Notes under the pieces: model-generated | What the model saw: only the letters and a program-made list of their open reading frames with translations | What the model was told of the DNA's origin: nothing | Databases searched by the model: none | Shown here: positions 38,445 through 53,392 of the stretch, piece after piece | Position numbering within the stretch: position 1 is the stretch's first letter | Layout: each line of letters opens with the position of its first letter | Position numbers and translations under genes: made by a program | Source: Eledone cirrhosa | Taxonomy: Eukaryota | Assembly: GCA_964016885.1 (NCBI GenBank) | Contig: OZ024740.1 | Location: 297,848,001-297,912,000, forward strand | Direction: 5' to 3' | Length of the DNA: 64,000 nt

Positions 38445-39600
38445 TAATAATATATATTTTAGAAATTAATATATAAATTAATTTTAATGTAGTTAACCTA
38501 TAATTTTAATTTAATTAAAATTCTACTACAGATGAAATTTAAAAATATCGTATAATCATAAACTGAGAAAAACATTTAAATATTATTAACCTAATTAATA
38601 TATACTTTGGAAATTAATATATAGATTAATTTTAGTTTATTTAACCTATTATTAAAATTCTTTTACAGATGAAATACAACAAAATATCGTGTAATTAAAA
38701 ACGGAGAAATACTTTTTAATATTATAAACCTAATTAATATACAATTTAGAAATTAATATATAAACTAATTTTAATTTAGTTAACATATAATTTTAATTTA
38801 GTTAGCTTATAATTAAAATTCTAATACAGATGAAATGCAAAATATCGTGTAATCATAAACTGAGAAAAACTTTTAAACCTAATTAATATACACTTTACAA
38901 ATTAATATATAGATTAATTTTAATTTAGTTAACCTATAATTAAAATTCTACTATAGATAAAATACAAAATTTTGATTTAATTATTATAAACCTAATTAAC
39001 ATATACTATAGAAATTAATATATAATTTTTAATTTAGTTAACCTATAATTAATAATCTACTACAGATGAAATACTTAATTTGGCTTTCCCTCTTACAAAA
39101 TTAATTTCCTAAAATTGATACCATCATGTAATATATGTAATTATTTTTAATTTAGTTATGCTATAATTAATACTCTACTACTGTTTAACTCCAAAATTCC
39201 GCTTTAAATATTATAAACCTAATTAGTATACACCTTAGAAATTAATATAATAACTATTTTTATTTTAGTTAACCTATAATTAATATTCTACTTATATTAA
39301 AATACATAATTTTTCCCTCTTACAAAATTCATTTCCTAAAATTGATACCATCATGTAAATATTTGTAATTATTTTTAATTTAGTTATGCTATAATTAATA
39401 CTCTACTACTGTTTAACTTCAAAATTCCGCTTTAAATATTATAAACCTAATTAGTATACACCTTAGAAATTAATATATTAACTATTTTTATTTTAGTTAA
39501 CCTATAATTAATATTCTACTTATATTAAAATACATAATTTAGCCTTCCTTCTTACAAATAACTTTTCCTAAAACTGATACCACTAAGTAAACACACATAA
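38390..39600 (+). repeat. AT-rich degenerate tandem repeat (~130-240 bp units) starting in the ORF end
   Basis: Recurrent aatatcgtgtaatcataaactgagaaaa and attataaacctaatt..gaaattaatata..ttagttaacctataatt. Confidence 0.85.
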
Positions 39601-39709
39601 TGATTTAACGGCAGATTAGTATTCTAAGTTCCTTGAAACCTATATATTTACTATTTCCCACTAATAAATTTAATCCCCCCCCCCCCCAATAATTATATGT
39701 ATTTGTAAG

Positions 39710-40400
<691 letters not shown>

Positions 40401-40683
40401 TCTCTCTTTTATGTTTTTTTATATTTCTTTTGTGAGACATGCGTGTCTGTGTATGTATGTACCCCCCCCCTTTTTTTTGTCTTTCTTTGTCTTCTTTTTT
40501 TGAGTTTTTCCTTCCATAAAAAAATTTTTTTATTTCTAATTTATGGATACACTTTTATAAGTATGTCGAGATTGACACTTTCCTTTAATTACTATATTCC
40601 CTTACCTCTTTTACTTCCGCATCTAAATGTAAGTTTGTGTGGGCGTGTTTATGTGAGGGCCTCAATATCCATATATTTATAAT

Positions 40684-40750
<67 letters not shown>

Positions 40751-41041
40751 TATATATATATGTGTGTGTGTGTATATATATATTCTGTCTGTTGATTATA
40801 GACATATAGATACATTAGCCCTAAATTTTTATATTTACATACACTTTTTCAATATACGTATACATATGAGCATACACTTTTATGCACATCTGTGAGCGTA
40901 TTTACATACATATACACACACCTAACTGTATTTTCTTGATAAATTTTTATGTATCTCAATCCTTATTTCATTGGTCTATTCAAAATCTGTTCCCAAACAG
41001 ACCTATTATTTTGAATTGTCGTTATTATCAATAAACAAGCA

Positions 41042-41182
41042 TCATTATTTCTGAAGACAGCATATATATGTGAAGGTATGTATATTCTCTCTGATAGTTT
41101 GTATAATTTTGTACATAGATCTTTTGAATATGCATACCAATTCTAACATATATATGTCCTAGAAACGATCGTAAAATAATGA
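41042..41182 (+). ncRNA. Type I HHR with ~100-nt stem II
   Basis: tcattattt/aaataatga stem I; CUGAAGA 41051-57; catatatatg/catatatatg stem II; GAAA-cgatcg-UA. Confidence 0.75.
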
Positions 41183-41242
41183 ACTTTTTTTGTTTAATAT
41201 AAGGAACTGTTTCTTTGTTTATTCATTATTTTTTTAATAATT

Positions 41243-41277
<35 letters not shown>

Positions 41278-41434
41278 ATATGTATGCTTTTGTGTGTGAG
41301 TGTGCGTGTTTTTGTGTGTGTGTTTGCATGTGTAGTTTTATTTTATTTTTCCTTTCCTTCTTCCTTCTCCAGCCTCACTTTCATATAAATTGCATTTTTG
41401 TTTTTAAAATCCAAATTCAATAAACAGACCAGGA

Positions 41435-41500
41435 TTATTTCATTCTGAGGATTGAAAGCAAAATCTTTTGCTTTTAAGAAACCACTAGTAAATGGAATAA
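41435..41500 (+). ncRNA. Type I HHR in 3' pLTR
   Basis: Same as the 37699 copy; stem III ccactag; cleavage after 41490. Confidence 0.85.
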
Positions 41501-41590
41501 TTGCCTTATGTTGTTTATTACATAACTATTAAGCTCTGTTACCTACATAGAGCATTCTTTGTTCCTGGACTTTTCCAACGGAATTACTTC

Positions 41591-41984
<394 letters not shown>

Positions 41985-42532
41985 CACATTTCACAATGCT
42001 TCAAGCAAACTTTAACACCCTCATATATATATATATATATATATGGGGTCACAGACACATACACATATACACACATTTACAGCCTGTCCTAACACAAGTT
42101 ATATGATACATATGACTCAATATTCAGTCACTAAATTCGAGTTAGATATAGTAATACTACATTCGATTCTTTGAAGTCACCTGTCATAATTTCATTTAAC
42201 AACACCACCAGCTCTCTCTCTCTCCCTCTCTCTCTCTATTTTTCTCTTTCAATCTACTCTCTCACAACTACTTTCTCTTTCTCTCTATCTTTTTACTCTC
42301 TTTCTTTATGAAGGTACCAGGAAAAAACCCGTATTAGGGGAACCCGTGTTCCGATTTACGCGAAACTTATTTTATTTCATTTGTATTCCCATTTCAGGGG
42401 TAACTTTCTTTCAAAGTATTTCCCATTATGCGCCGTCACAGTCACAATGTACTGCTAAGAACTCACAACCTTATGAGTGTGAGGTGATCACCGTAACCAC
42501 TAAGCCATATGACTTCACTAAGAACAAGAAAT

Positions 42533-42795
42533 GTCTTCTTCTTCTTCTTCTTCTTCTTCTTCTTCTTCTTCTTCTTCTTCTTCTTCTTCTTCTTCTTCTT
42601 CTTCTTCTTCTTCTTCTTCTTCTTCTTCTTCTTCTTCTTCTTCTTCTTCTTCTTCTTCTTCTTCTTCTTGCCTGAGACATTCTAACCATATGTCCATAGT
42701 ATCGGAGCTGTGATCTCTCAATTCGGAGAAGTAGCGGCTCTACCAGGAGTAATTCTCTGGTCTCCGAGCTACACACTCTATTGAGTAACATTATT
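42533..42795 (-). mobile_element. RTE fragment abutting a long (TTC)n tract (42533-42669)
   Basis: EPLLLRIERSQLRYYGHMVRMSQ. Confidence 0.8.
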
Positions 42796-42796
42796 T

Positions 42797-42960
42797 CGGC
42801 AGTATCGGTAGCGAGTCGGACACCATGCTTTCCAGCATAGTTACGTCCCTTTACAGACTGAGTTCAAATCCGGCCGAGGTTAACTTTGCCTTTTATCCTT
42901 ACGGGGTGGATAAAATAAAGTACCAGTAATGTACTGGGTAATTGATGGCCTTGTGCCAAC
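42797..42960 (+). mobile_element. tRNA-derived SINE
   Basis: Family consensus. Confidence 0.85.
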
Positions 42961-43585
42961 ACAAAGTGAGTCTTGAGTATTTTGAACCTGGCGGAACCCA
43001 ACCCCTCTTGGAACACAGAGGATTTCTTCCGGAGAAAGAAAGAAAAAGAGATAAAAAGAGCTAGAGGAAGAAGCAATCTCCAAACCAGACAAGTACTTTA
43101 TTTATCGACGTCGAAGGTGTAAAAAGCAAAGCTAATTTCAGCGAGATTTGAACTTTGAGCGCAGTAAGAAGGAAATACCGAATCATTTTTATTTGACTCG
43201 CAGACAAATTTGCCAATTCACCGCCTTCTTGAAAATGAAATCTATTGGTTAAACCTGAGGTATTAATTTACAGCAGTAATTACTGTAACCTTTAATGTTA
43301 TCCTCAATGACTCAACAACGACAAATAAACAAAAGACAGTAATTTTAGGCGAAGTTTGAAACCGCACCAACCCTTTTAGTTTATTTAGATATCTTTTTTT
43401 TCTTTTTGTATATAAATACGTCATTTTTATTCACAGTTGTATAAATAGCATTACAAATTGGTCACAATTCTTGCAGAATAAAAAATTAAACACAAATATA
43501 GACTGATTATTTTAACGAATAGTTCACCACTGTTTGTGTAATTTTAGATATAATTTTGCGTCATAAATCTGTCTTTTGTGTTAAA

Positions 43586-44710
43586 CTAACAGAATGGCCC
43601 GGCGTTGCTCGGGATTTGCTCTAGAGTTCTTATATATTTGATATATATTTATCCTTATCGAGCCTCGTGAAATAAATACGTTTGTTTATATTTTGTTATT
43701 GTGTATGCAAAAATATCTGTACACGAATATATAATTATATATATATATATTAAAATAACAGATTAAAGTTTAAGCAAAGAATCGCTGCTTTCACCCTTAA
43801 CGGGATCTTCTGAAAGTAAAAAATCAATCTGTGAAGGCAGAAGTAAATATTTCGAAAAACGTTACTATATATATATACACACACATATAGCGTCATAATG
43901 TCGTAATGCAGACAGCAGACATACAGACAGATATTATAAGGGCGCAACGTTATATCTATGTATCTATCTAAAAAGAAAGACTAAGAATTATAGAGAGAGA
44001 TCGGTAAATCGCCTAGGGCATTGAAAAATTGGAATTTATTTTGCTCAAAACACTCACAGGACCATAAGTATTACATGTGTAAAGTTTGAAAACAATCGGT
44101 TGGGTGGTTCTCGAGTTTTAAACAGACAGACAGACATTCTCTGTTTTAGATATATAGACTAGCAGAAAACCACCCGGTGGGCGGTTTTCTGCTAGCAAAT
44201 CTAGTGTATATACTGATATTGTTGAGATTTGGATGAGAAACGTTTTCGGCACCACATGTTCACCGTCTCTCGGTGTGTCTTTTATGCATGTATAAATATA
44301 TATGTTATCTATACGGTGAAATCTCTGAAATAAATATATGTTAAAACGAAAAAGGAGAAAAAGAGATTAGTGACGGAAATATAAACGTTATGATACATAA
44401 ACGTTATGATATAACGATGGAAATATATCTTCAAATGGTCCTTGGCATGGTGTCAAATCAGAACCGCCTCGAACTGGTTACTTTTGGCTTGTGCAAGGTG
44501 TCTCTATAGCAACCAGCGATTCCCTCGGACTCAGTGACCAAAGTCAGTGGAGAGGGGAAGGTAATGTTTCTAAAGCGACAGTGTTTCTCTTGGTAGTACC
44601 AAAGTGGAGAAAGGAAGGGGAAGGTAATATTTCTGTAGCACCTACATTTGAGTTTTAGGGAAGGACAGACAGACTGACAGACAGACAAACAGAGAAATGC
44701 CCATATATTT
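43586..44710 (-). mobile_element. Tandem non-autonomous Helitrons
   Basis: actaacagaatggcccggcgttgctcggg 3' end; (acag)n and ttttagatatatagac 5' end near 44158; second element starts ctagcagaaaacc. Confidence 0.7.
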
Positions 44711-44715
44711 CTGTG

Positions 44716-44772
<57 letters not shown>

Positions 44773-44798
44773 CACACACAGAAATGTATATATATTTC

Positions 44799-44849
<51 letters not shown>

Positions 44850-45102
44850 CACACACAGAAATGTATATATATTTCTGTGTGCATATATATATATATTACA
44901 CACACAGAAATGTATATATATTTCTGTGTGTATATATATATATTTCTGTGTGTGTATATATATATATATATTACACACACAGGAATGTATATATATTTCT
45001 GTTTGTATATATATATATTACACACACAGAAATGTATATATATTTCTGTGTGTGTATATATATATATATATATTACACACACAGAAATGTATATATATTT
45101 CT
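44703..45102. repeat. Minisatellite of palindromic units separated by (TA)n
   Basis: About 6 copies of cacacagaaat-gtatatat-atttctgtgtg. Confidence 0.92.
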
Positions 45103-45231
45103 TAGAACAAAATTATTATTAATGTTTTGCTGTTCATAACTATTGGAATTGAAAAATTACTTTTGAAATTATTAGTTATTTTACTAATGTAAAAATATGT
45201 AAAATATGTAAAAATGAAGCAATGTTTCTAA

Positions 45232-45422
45232 TAATTGTTTCTACTTTTGGCACAAGGCCAGCAATTACCCAGTACATTACTGGTACTTTATTTTATCGAC
45301 CCCGTGAGGATGAAAGGCAAAGTTAACCTCGGCGGTATTTGAACTCAGACCGTAAAGGGGCGTAACTCCATGCTATGAAGCATGGTGTCCGACTCTCTAC
45401 AGATTCTGCCAATCCACCGCCC
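45232..45422 (-). mobile_element. tRNA-derived SINE, full length
   Basis: rc of family consensus. Confidence 0.9.
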
Positions 45423-46300
45423 TAATGTCTGTACGTAATGAGGGAGTGAGAGGGGAGAGAAAGAAAGGCAGAGATGAAGTGACGAAGTGACTCTCTCCTC
45501 CTCCTCCTCCTCCTCCATCTCCCCATTCGTCACAGCGATAGAGGGGAGGAATGTTAGTGTGTTACAAAGAGAAATAGTGAGAGTGAGAGAAACAGACAGA
45601 CTAAAAGAGAGGGATAGCTGGAGAGAGAGAGAGTTAGCAACCACGCGCGCACGTGTTTCCACTGTCGGACAGACAGACAGAGAAATTGCTGGTTATATAT
45701 TATAAGGAGATACTACTACAAGCGCTCATATGTAAACAATGATTAAAAGATTTAAAACACTCATAAAATGTTTAAAATGGCCATTATAAATGTTTTTTCA
45801 GACTCAGAGAATATCAAATACTGGGCTAAGATATCTGCCTCAAAGATTTGTGTAGTTCTCAAATTCCCTTAAACAAGCCCTGGCCTGACCCGGTAGAAAT
45901 AGATAATTTCCCTCAATCATACCATCACAGAAAAAAGACAATAGATTTTAGGTTTGTTTCGGACTAAACAAACACCATGTTAAAAAATTTAAATAAATTC
46001 GTGCGTTGTAATTTATTTTGCTAATGTTATTAACCACGCCATATGCATTTACACGATTACGTTGTCAATAGAAGTCAACCGAAAGTTGTTTTATTTTTCC
46101 GTACTTGTTTTTCTTTTTACATTTTCAGTAATTAATTCATGATCTAAGACTGGTGAGACTCGGATTCAAGTAACTGAAACATCAAAACATCATACAAATC
46201 ATTTGATTTGCTGAGCATATTTAAGCTAAAAAAAGAAAAGAAAAAAGAGAGAGAGAGAGAGAGATTAAAAACATGTGTCCGTTCAGTTGATTTATGTTTT

Positions 46301-46333
<33 letters not shown>

Positions 46334-46372
46334 TTCATTATGTAATAAACAACACACACACATATATATATT

Positions 46373-47087
46373 ACAGACCGATTATGCATATACGTTAGCT
46401 TGGCCGTATACTAAAGCTTCGTCAATGCTGTACTAAAATTTATATTTACTCCTAGAATTAACGATTAACTGATTAATTTAATTAGATAATTCTATTGATT
46501 TATTAATTGTTTAAGTTTTTTTAATAACTTCTAGTCGAGTGCTTTATTCGGTTTGTATAAAGGGATTAATTCCTTTACCTCAAATTAGAATACACTGCCT
46601 AAGCGGGGGTTACCTCCCTTAGAGAAAACCACGTGTCTGTTGCGACTTTTAAAGTTACAACATACCCGCTTTGGCTAAGAACGAAAGACTTGCTGAAGAA
46701 GTAAATCCTATGTTCTGTCGTCAAAAACCATTATATTGCAGACTCCTGCAATAGGAATTTGTCGATCTTGGATTTGCAGAAACTTAGCGCTGATGTTGGA
46801 TGTGATATTGTGATCTATATTGTGGATATACGATGTAAGTTATATATTTTACTCTCAGCTTCACCGCTATGTCCGGGTCAGTATAAAATCTTTTCCTGAG
46901 TCCTGTATTTTCGTTGCTCTAGTGATGCGGCTGGACTGCCGACCGCTATATCTGATTTGCTAAGCTGTCTGAACGTAATGTTATTACTCTGGGGTCTTAC
47001 CTCATCCGAGTGCTCAAGCTACAGACCGATTATACATATACGCTAGTTTGGCCGTATACTAAAGCTTCGTCAATGCTGTACTAAAAT
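46373..47087 (+). mobile_element. pLTR-like unit with ~67-bp terminal direct repeats and internal HHR-like motif (46693-46797)
   Basis: acagaccgattat..ttggccgtatactaaagcttcgtcaatgctgtactaaaat at both ends; CUGAAGA-a-gtaaatcc..ggatttgc-a-GAAA-cttagcgctgatg-UU; (TA)n both sides. Confidence 0.65.
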
Positions 47088-47109
47088 ATATATATATATG
47101 GGGGGGGGG

Positions 47110-47627
47110 GGGGTTAGTGAAAAGATAACAAGGACGATTGGTTATTCTTTCATTACATTTATTGGTTGGTGACGCGCGTTTCGCCACTGATCAGCTCAAG
47201 GTTCGATCTGAATCGATCTTACCCGACTCTGTATTCTGCGGCTCGTCGGACCCCTTGTAATGCTAGTAGAAAATGAATACATGCTGTATGATAAAGTCAG
47301 AAGTTCATATGTTGGTCAATAAAGTTTGTTTTGATTGGTGGATTAGTTCATAGGGATGTTTTTGCCTGTAGTGTATGGGGGGGGGGGTGATAAGATGGTG
47401 GTGACGGTCGCAGGCTGAAGTGGGCGATGATGTGGGGGTGCTGGTTGTCGGTAGACAGCTAGGCATGTAGCTGTGGCTGATTTTTGTGAATGGTATGGGT
47501 GTGGTGTTGTTGTTTGTGGTAATGGTGTTTATGGTGGTGTGATGGATGTGTTGGTGGTGTCAATTTCAATAAGGAGATACATACATAGACACACTTAGTC
47601 TGACAAATAGGTATGCATACACATGTG

Positions 47628-47658
<31 letters not shown>

Positions 47659-48680
47659 CCAGTGGAGATGGCGTTGTACAAATAAATATACTTACACACA
47701 GACACACACACTTGCGTTGTTTTGGGAGGGATGATATGTGTTGGTGATGTTGATGATTGTTGAAGTATGGGGATATGTCTGGTGGTCGCGGTGGTGGTGG
47801 GTGCGACAAAATATTAACAGGATCGAATTTTATGATGGATTAGAGGTTAAAAAATGACATAGGGAACACTGGGAAAGCAAAGTTGTGAATGCGGGATGGT
47901 GGACGTATAGCGATGTGTATGGTGGTAGTGGTGGTGGTGGTGGAGATGGTGTGATATGTTCGACATTATATTTACAGGATCGGATGTTACGATGGTTTAC
48001 AAAGTAAAACCTGACAGAGAGGACAGATAGAACACAATGGTACTGAGATGAGGGATGTATGGAGATGTGTCTGTTGGTGGCGGTGGTGGGGGTGATGGAT
48101 GCGACATGATATTTACAAAATCTGAACTTACAATGGGTTACATGTTATATAAAACAAATGCACTGAGATGGTTATCACTATGTTGAGTCAGGGTTAGTGT
48201 TTGGCCCTCGGCCGAATGCATGTGCAGAAAAGGTGTTCAACCTGGTGTGTCTACAATTTATAATTATATCAGACCTAGAGTTTATGGCAGATTTAAATTT
48301 AGTGATCTCAGCCGCCTCGGCCAGGCATAACCTGCAGTGGTTTCTGTCGCTGGGGAGATGGGCCACGCGTCTTTTAACTGACTATATGATCTGGAATTCC
48401 GTGTTCTTGTCTTTCAGGTCCCAGATCAAGTCGGCCAGTCTAGTTTGGGATCATTTGAGCCTGTGTTTAAAGGAGCTTCTGTGGTTATACCAGCGCTCCT
48501 AAAACGTAGTGGAGATCGCACCTATATAGGAGTACTCTTTATTGCCAGCTGTGACATCGCACCGGTAAATAATGTTTTTAACGAGGCACTCCTCGTTTAG
48601 TGGGCATTCTACCCGCTTTTTGCAGTTGCAGTTGGGGTTGCAAACATTATTTTCTTGTAATTTTCATGCCTGGACTTTGG
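47110..48680 (-). mobile_element. 5'-truncated Penelope-like element (GIY-YIG remnant 48178-48665)
   Basis: rc: CNCKKRVECPLNEECLVKNIIYRCDV..YIGA..RWYNHRSSF..CRLCLAE..INSRSDIIINCRH, with stops. Confidence 0.88.
47168..47252 (-). ncRNA. Type I HHR at Penelope 3' end (U4C variant)
   Basis: Minus: ggt-CCGACGA-gccgc..gtggc-GAAA-cgcgcg-UC-acc. Confidence 0.8.
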
Positions 48681-48756
48681 TGTTACATGCTCGCCATCTT
48701 ACTTCATACATGGTTCATTCGATTTTTATGTTTTATAAAAATCTGGCGGGGGATAA

Positions 48757-49132
48757 TGTAGCAAGAGTTGCCTCCCTTGTTGTGACGATCACATCAGTAG
48801 CGCTCTCTAGACAGGAAGTAGCTGAAGTTACTTCCTGTTGAGGTGACAGAACCTTCTTTGTCACTTCCGTCCAGGGACCCTATAAAGGAGAGAACCGAAA
48901 GCTGTCTCCCTCTCTTTTAACCTGCCTGGCCCTTCGGCCAGGCGAGTTCCGCCGAGGGTAAACTCTCTCGCTTCCTGACCAGTCAAAACGGTAAACAACT
49001 AACTTTAATTCATCCTTTCATCTCTCTTGGCATGTCAACTATTCTGCTCTACATAACTCAACCTTGTTAAATAAACATTGTACATACAACCGAGTGTCTT
49101 GTTATATTCATACCGCCAGTCACCCTATTATA
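48757..49132 (+). mobile_element. Solo LTR, same family as 33242-33620
   Basis: Starts TGTAGC; cctataaagg TATA box; aataaa near 49069; no clear TSD. Confidence 0.75.
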
Positions 49133-49179
49133 GGTTTGATGGTACGTTACGCTCCGTGGATATATATATATATATATAT

Positions 49180-49305
49180 ATATAGTTCAAGAAAACGACT
49201 AAACAGAGGTACAACAAGTCTTATTAGTTCCACGCTTTATATGGAAAAGGGGAAAGAAAGTTCGACGTGTCCGGCTTTAGCCCTTCTTCAAGAGCACAAA
49301 GGGGA
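49180..49305 (-). repeat. Short pLTR-like piece with decayed HHR
   Basis: Minus: gctc-ttgaaga-agggc taaa gcc-ggaca-cgtc-gaac. Confidence 0.45.
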
Positions 49306-49324
49306 TACACACACACACATATAT

Positions 49325-49438
<114 letters not shown>

Positions 49439-49663
49439 TCTTGTTTGATGACCCTGTGATAAACACGCGAATTTTCAGAGTAAGAAGACTCACTATTCAG
49501 CCGTCAACTACATACGGATATATATATATATATACTTATGGTAAATATTGATGCAATTCAATTCAAGCACCCTACGTACTTTTTCCACATAGGAATCACG
49601 GAGTATAATTAAAATAAGAAAATACGAAATAGTTTCAGACGTTAAAGTCCTTTATTGATAAGA

Positions 49664-49736
49664 CTGTGATACATTTTTCAGTGACGACAGTGGCCACGCG
49701 ATTCCGCGTATCCAGTGCCATGATCTCATCAGACAG
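49664..49736 (-). ncRNA. Type I HHR with extended stem II
   Basis: Minus: ctgt-CUGAUGA-gatcatggcactgg..ccactgtcgtcact-GAAA-aatgta-UC-acag. Confidence 0.7.
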
Positions 49737-49993
49737 CTTCTTACATAAAAAGGTTACGTTCCCAAGGCATTCCAAATTACAACGACAGGGAACGGACAAA
49801 GATGATGTTCTTGAAGCCTTCGACCGTTCCCTTGGGAGCCACAATTCTCCTCTACAGCTTTGCGTAGGCGCAAATGTGAAGGAGGTTGACCATCTAACTA
49901 CTACCCTAAAACACAACAAAACTAACCTGGGCAAGCCTCCCTCTCGCAACCAATCAGTCTTCCCCATCCAGGCCGGCAAGGTGACACGGTCAT

Positions 49994-50055
<62 letters not shown>

Positions 50056-50317
50056 CGGCGATGAATTAGTTTTGCGAGGTTTTTGATATGAAATCGTGTG
50101 TCGAAACAAATATTGTTATACTTGGGGAGGGTCATATTTGTGTAATATTGCCAGAATTAATAACAGAACACGCTCATTGTTTGGTTGGTTTTCGCTTTTC
50201 GCTTCTGTGTCTTTTATATCGGTAATCTAATTTATTCGGTCCTCAATGGTGCCATTGACTGACCGACGGTCAAAAATAATACAGATACAATATAGACACA
50301 AACACATATATATAGTT

Positions 50318-50775
50318 TATCAAAGTTCTTTCGTTGCACATCTGCAACATCGTCAGTGGTGCTATTGTTTCCTCCCGTTGCATTGTATTTTCTACGCCAT
50401 CTTTATTTAGTCTTTTTATATATTTATTTATTTATCTATTTATTTATTTATACTTCTTTTAGGTCAGTGTTGTTTGTTTGGGTGTTGGTGTTATTCCATT
50501 CATTCTTTCTGTTTAGCCTTGGCCTTCTAAGTTCTATTTCACTGGCCTCTCTGATTTGCCTATCTGCTGGGTCATTTCTATGTTTAGATATTATTCTAAT
50601 TTCTATGTTGTCTATGTTACACACTTTACAAATTATCCCCTTTGATTGTTTCATGTGTTTATTTTAAATATATATATATGTCAATCAATTTCTTATTGAT
50701 ATAAAATGCTCGGATCTATTCATTGGAATCTTTGAGCTTATTCTAAAGTGGATATGGCGCATGTCTCGGACATTA
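50318..50775 (-). mobile_element. Penelope-like 3' fragment with HHR at 50318-50361
   Basis: IRIISKHRNDPADRQIREASEIELRRPRLNRKNEW (GIY-YIG C-terminus-like); minus CUGACGA-t-gttgca gatg tgcaac-GAAA. Confidence 0.75.
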
Positions 50776-50805
50776 CTACTTTAATTTAATTTGATTAAAT
50801 TAATT

Positions 50806-50872
<67 letters not shown>

Positions 50873-51099
50873 TGCTGTGCATGTATCTAATAAACCTGGA
50901 AATACATAGGTGAAACTCCAGAGTAACAATATCCAGATTTTGTTTTTCGCTCTAGGCAAAACAATAAAGCTCCCAAACTGAGAGGGGGGAAGGACAAGAC
51001 AGAGAGAACATAATTCAAGGAGAAAGATGACGATTGATGTTAATTTTTGCAAATTGTAGTGAAAGTAAGAAGCTGAAAGAGATTTCCATAGGCGAGATG

Positions 51100-51690
51100 T
51101 CTATCTATCTATCTATCTAGGACGGGTTAAAAATTCCCGAGATCCATGGACGAGTTCTCTCCAGCGGTCTCTGTGCCCCATCATCGCCGCCATGTCCTGC
51201 GACTCCAAGATACATGTGTCTGTCCTTAGGGCATCAATATATGTCAACCTCGGTCTCCCTCTTCTAGTGTGTCCGTATAGGAGCTCCCACAGGATCACTG
51301 AGTACATTGTCAACTCTGAATGTCGGTGAGCATGTCCAGCTAACCTCAAGTCTCCTGTGTTACTTTCGAGCTGACCTTTGGGAGGCTCCCGTATTGCTCT
51401 GAGTTCTTCATCCTCAGTGTATACTGATTAATGTTCAGAGCCATCCCCAGGATTCTCGTGTAGCACCCATCCACCATCTGAGTGAGTTTCTTGGTCAGTG
51501 TCCAAGTCTCAGACCCGTACAGCAGCACAGACTCCACTGTAGCAACAAAGAGACGGATCTTCGGGTCTTTACGAAGGTCTAACTTCGACACCGATCTCAA
51601 ACTGTGACACGCCGCCCAGGCTTTGCTCTTCCTCTCAACCACACCATCCTCTGTGTTCCAAATCTTTGCTCCTAGAAACAGGAAGTCCTC
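51100..51690 (-). mobile_element. RTE-clade LINE 3' fragment with (TAGA)n tail; another 3' end at 63940-64000
   Basis: KIRLFVATVESVLLYGSETWTLTK..RLAGHAHRH..RGRPRLTY. Confidence 0.9.
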
Positions 51691-51699
51691 AACCAGGCG

Positions 51700-52160
51700 A
51701 GATATGCGAGAGAAAAAAAACCTATCAGAATAGAGATTTTGATTGCATTTAGGAATTTCAACTGCAAGACCTAGCTGCCAATCTGGTGTCCCGTTTAAAC
51801 TAGTAAAGATCAGGCAACAAAGAAGAAAGCTCATCAGAACAATTCCCATGTACCTCTGTTTTTATGCAACGTATCTGTCACAGGCTGACAGAAATACCAA
51901 ATGTCGAATGCGACCAATCCTCGCAGCCACTTCAACATGTAGTACATGTGGCAAAGTATTTTCGAATAAGTCAGGACTTACAATGTATTGAAAAATACAT
52001 AATCATGGTCCGGATCAGACAAAAGAGCCAGATGATGGAAGGAAAGAATTACAACGCATTTTATGCAACAAAATATGCAATTCTCTAGTAGGCTTTAAAA
52101 GCAACTGCAGAATTCACAACCACTTGTCAGTAATGGTGTTACTTGTCGAACGAGTTGATG
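51700..52160 (+). mobile_element. Probable LINE-derived C2H2 zinc-finger fragment
   Basis: CSTCGKVFSNKSGLTMY*KIH, broken frame, no splice context. Confidence 0.4.
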
Positions 52161-52174
52161 GCTATTATTATGTA

Positions 52175-52590
52175 GGGCGGTGGATTGGCAGAATAGGTAG
52201 AGAGTCGACCCCAAGCTTTGCCGCATAGAGTTATGGCCCTTTATGGTCTGAGTTCAAATCCCGCTCAGGATAACTGCCTTTCATCCTTACGGGGTCGATA
52301 AAATAAAATACCAGTCACGCACTGAGGTCGATTTAATCGACTTTCACCTTCCCCAAAATTGATGGCCTTGTGCCTATATAAGAAACCTTTATGTAGGTCG
52401 GTGAATTGGCAGAATCGGTAGAGAGTCGGACGCCATGCTTTGCCGCATAGAGTTATGGCCCTTTATGGTCTGAGTTCAAATCTCGCCGAGATTAACTTTG
52501 CCTTTCATCCTTACGGGGTCATACAATGAAGCACCAGTAATAAACTGGGATAATTGCTGGCCTTGTGCCAAAAGTAGAAACAATTATTAT
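52175..52590 (+). mobile_element. Two tandem tRNA-derived SINEs
   Basis: Heads near 52175 and 52395. Confidence 0.9.
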
Positions 52591-52606
52591 GCATGTGCGT
52601 GTGTGC

Positions 52607-52665
<59 letters not shown>

Positions 52666-53024
52666 CACCAAGCTGTATATCAAGCAAGCAATTACACGGT
52701 GACCCTCTAAATTTAAGAAGTATAAACTGTCCCTAGCAGACATACCACCAGGCGGCTGAATCACGTTCGCGTTACATGTCTCTGCAGACGACTACACATT
52801 AAATAACAACACAGGCTCCAAAGGGCCGGACACAACTTGGATCAATTTATAATCAATTGAAAAAGAACCCAATTTGCTGGACTGGTCATGTTTGTAATTC
52901 ATAGACCCTGTAATTCAAAAGGCCAGTCAGGCTACACACCGTTTCACGCTGAATCTCTTTGAGAATTACGTGAAAGATCCACGTGTCTAGGGAATGGTCA
53001 ACCACATACATGTTAATTTCATTC

Positions 53025-53392
53025 TCTGATAGGTGTGTGTTAGGGCCTGTAGCTGTGGAGACTTCCAGCGTTCATTGCCCCCGGACCACATCCCTACTCA
53101 TGTGGTAGAGTTGTGATAGAGTCTGTAACAGTGGAGACATCTGGCGTTCTTGGCCCCCGGACCACATCCCTACTCATGTGATAGGTTTGTGGTAGAGTCT
53201 GTAACTGTGGAGATTTCCAACGTTCTTGGACCCCGGACCACAACCCTACTCACTGCTATCGGTGCGGAGTTGGCTGCTCATAGGTGCGAGCCCCACGAGG
53301 TGGAGTGGTTGTTCCAGTGCGTCTGCCTCACCATCCTCCGGGACAATGCATTCTCCATCATGTCGGCCGGTCGAGACCCAGATGTAAATTAG
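53025..53392 (+). mobile_element. CRE 3' fragment with internal triplication
   Basis: Three copies of ctgtaactgtggagac..cgttcttggcccccggaccacatccctactca; EWLFQCVCLTILRDNAFSIMSAG. Confidence 0.8.
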
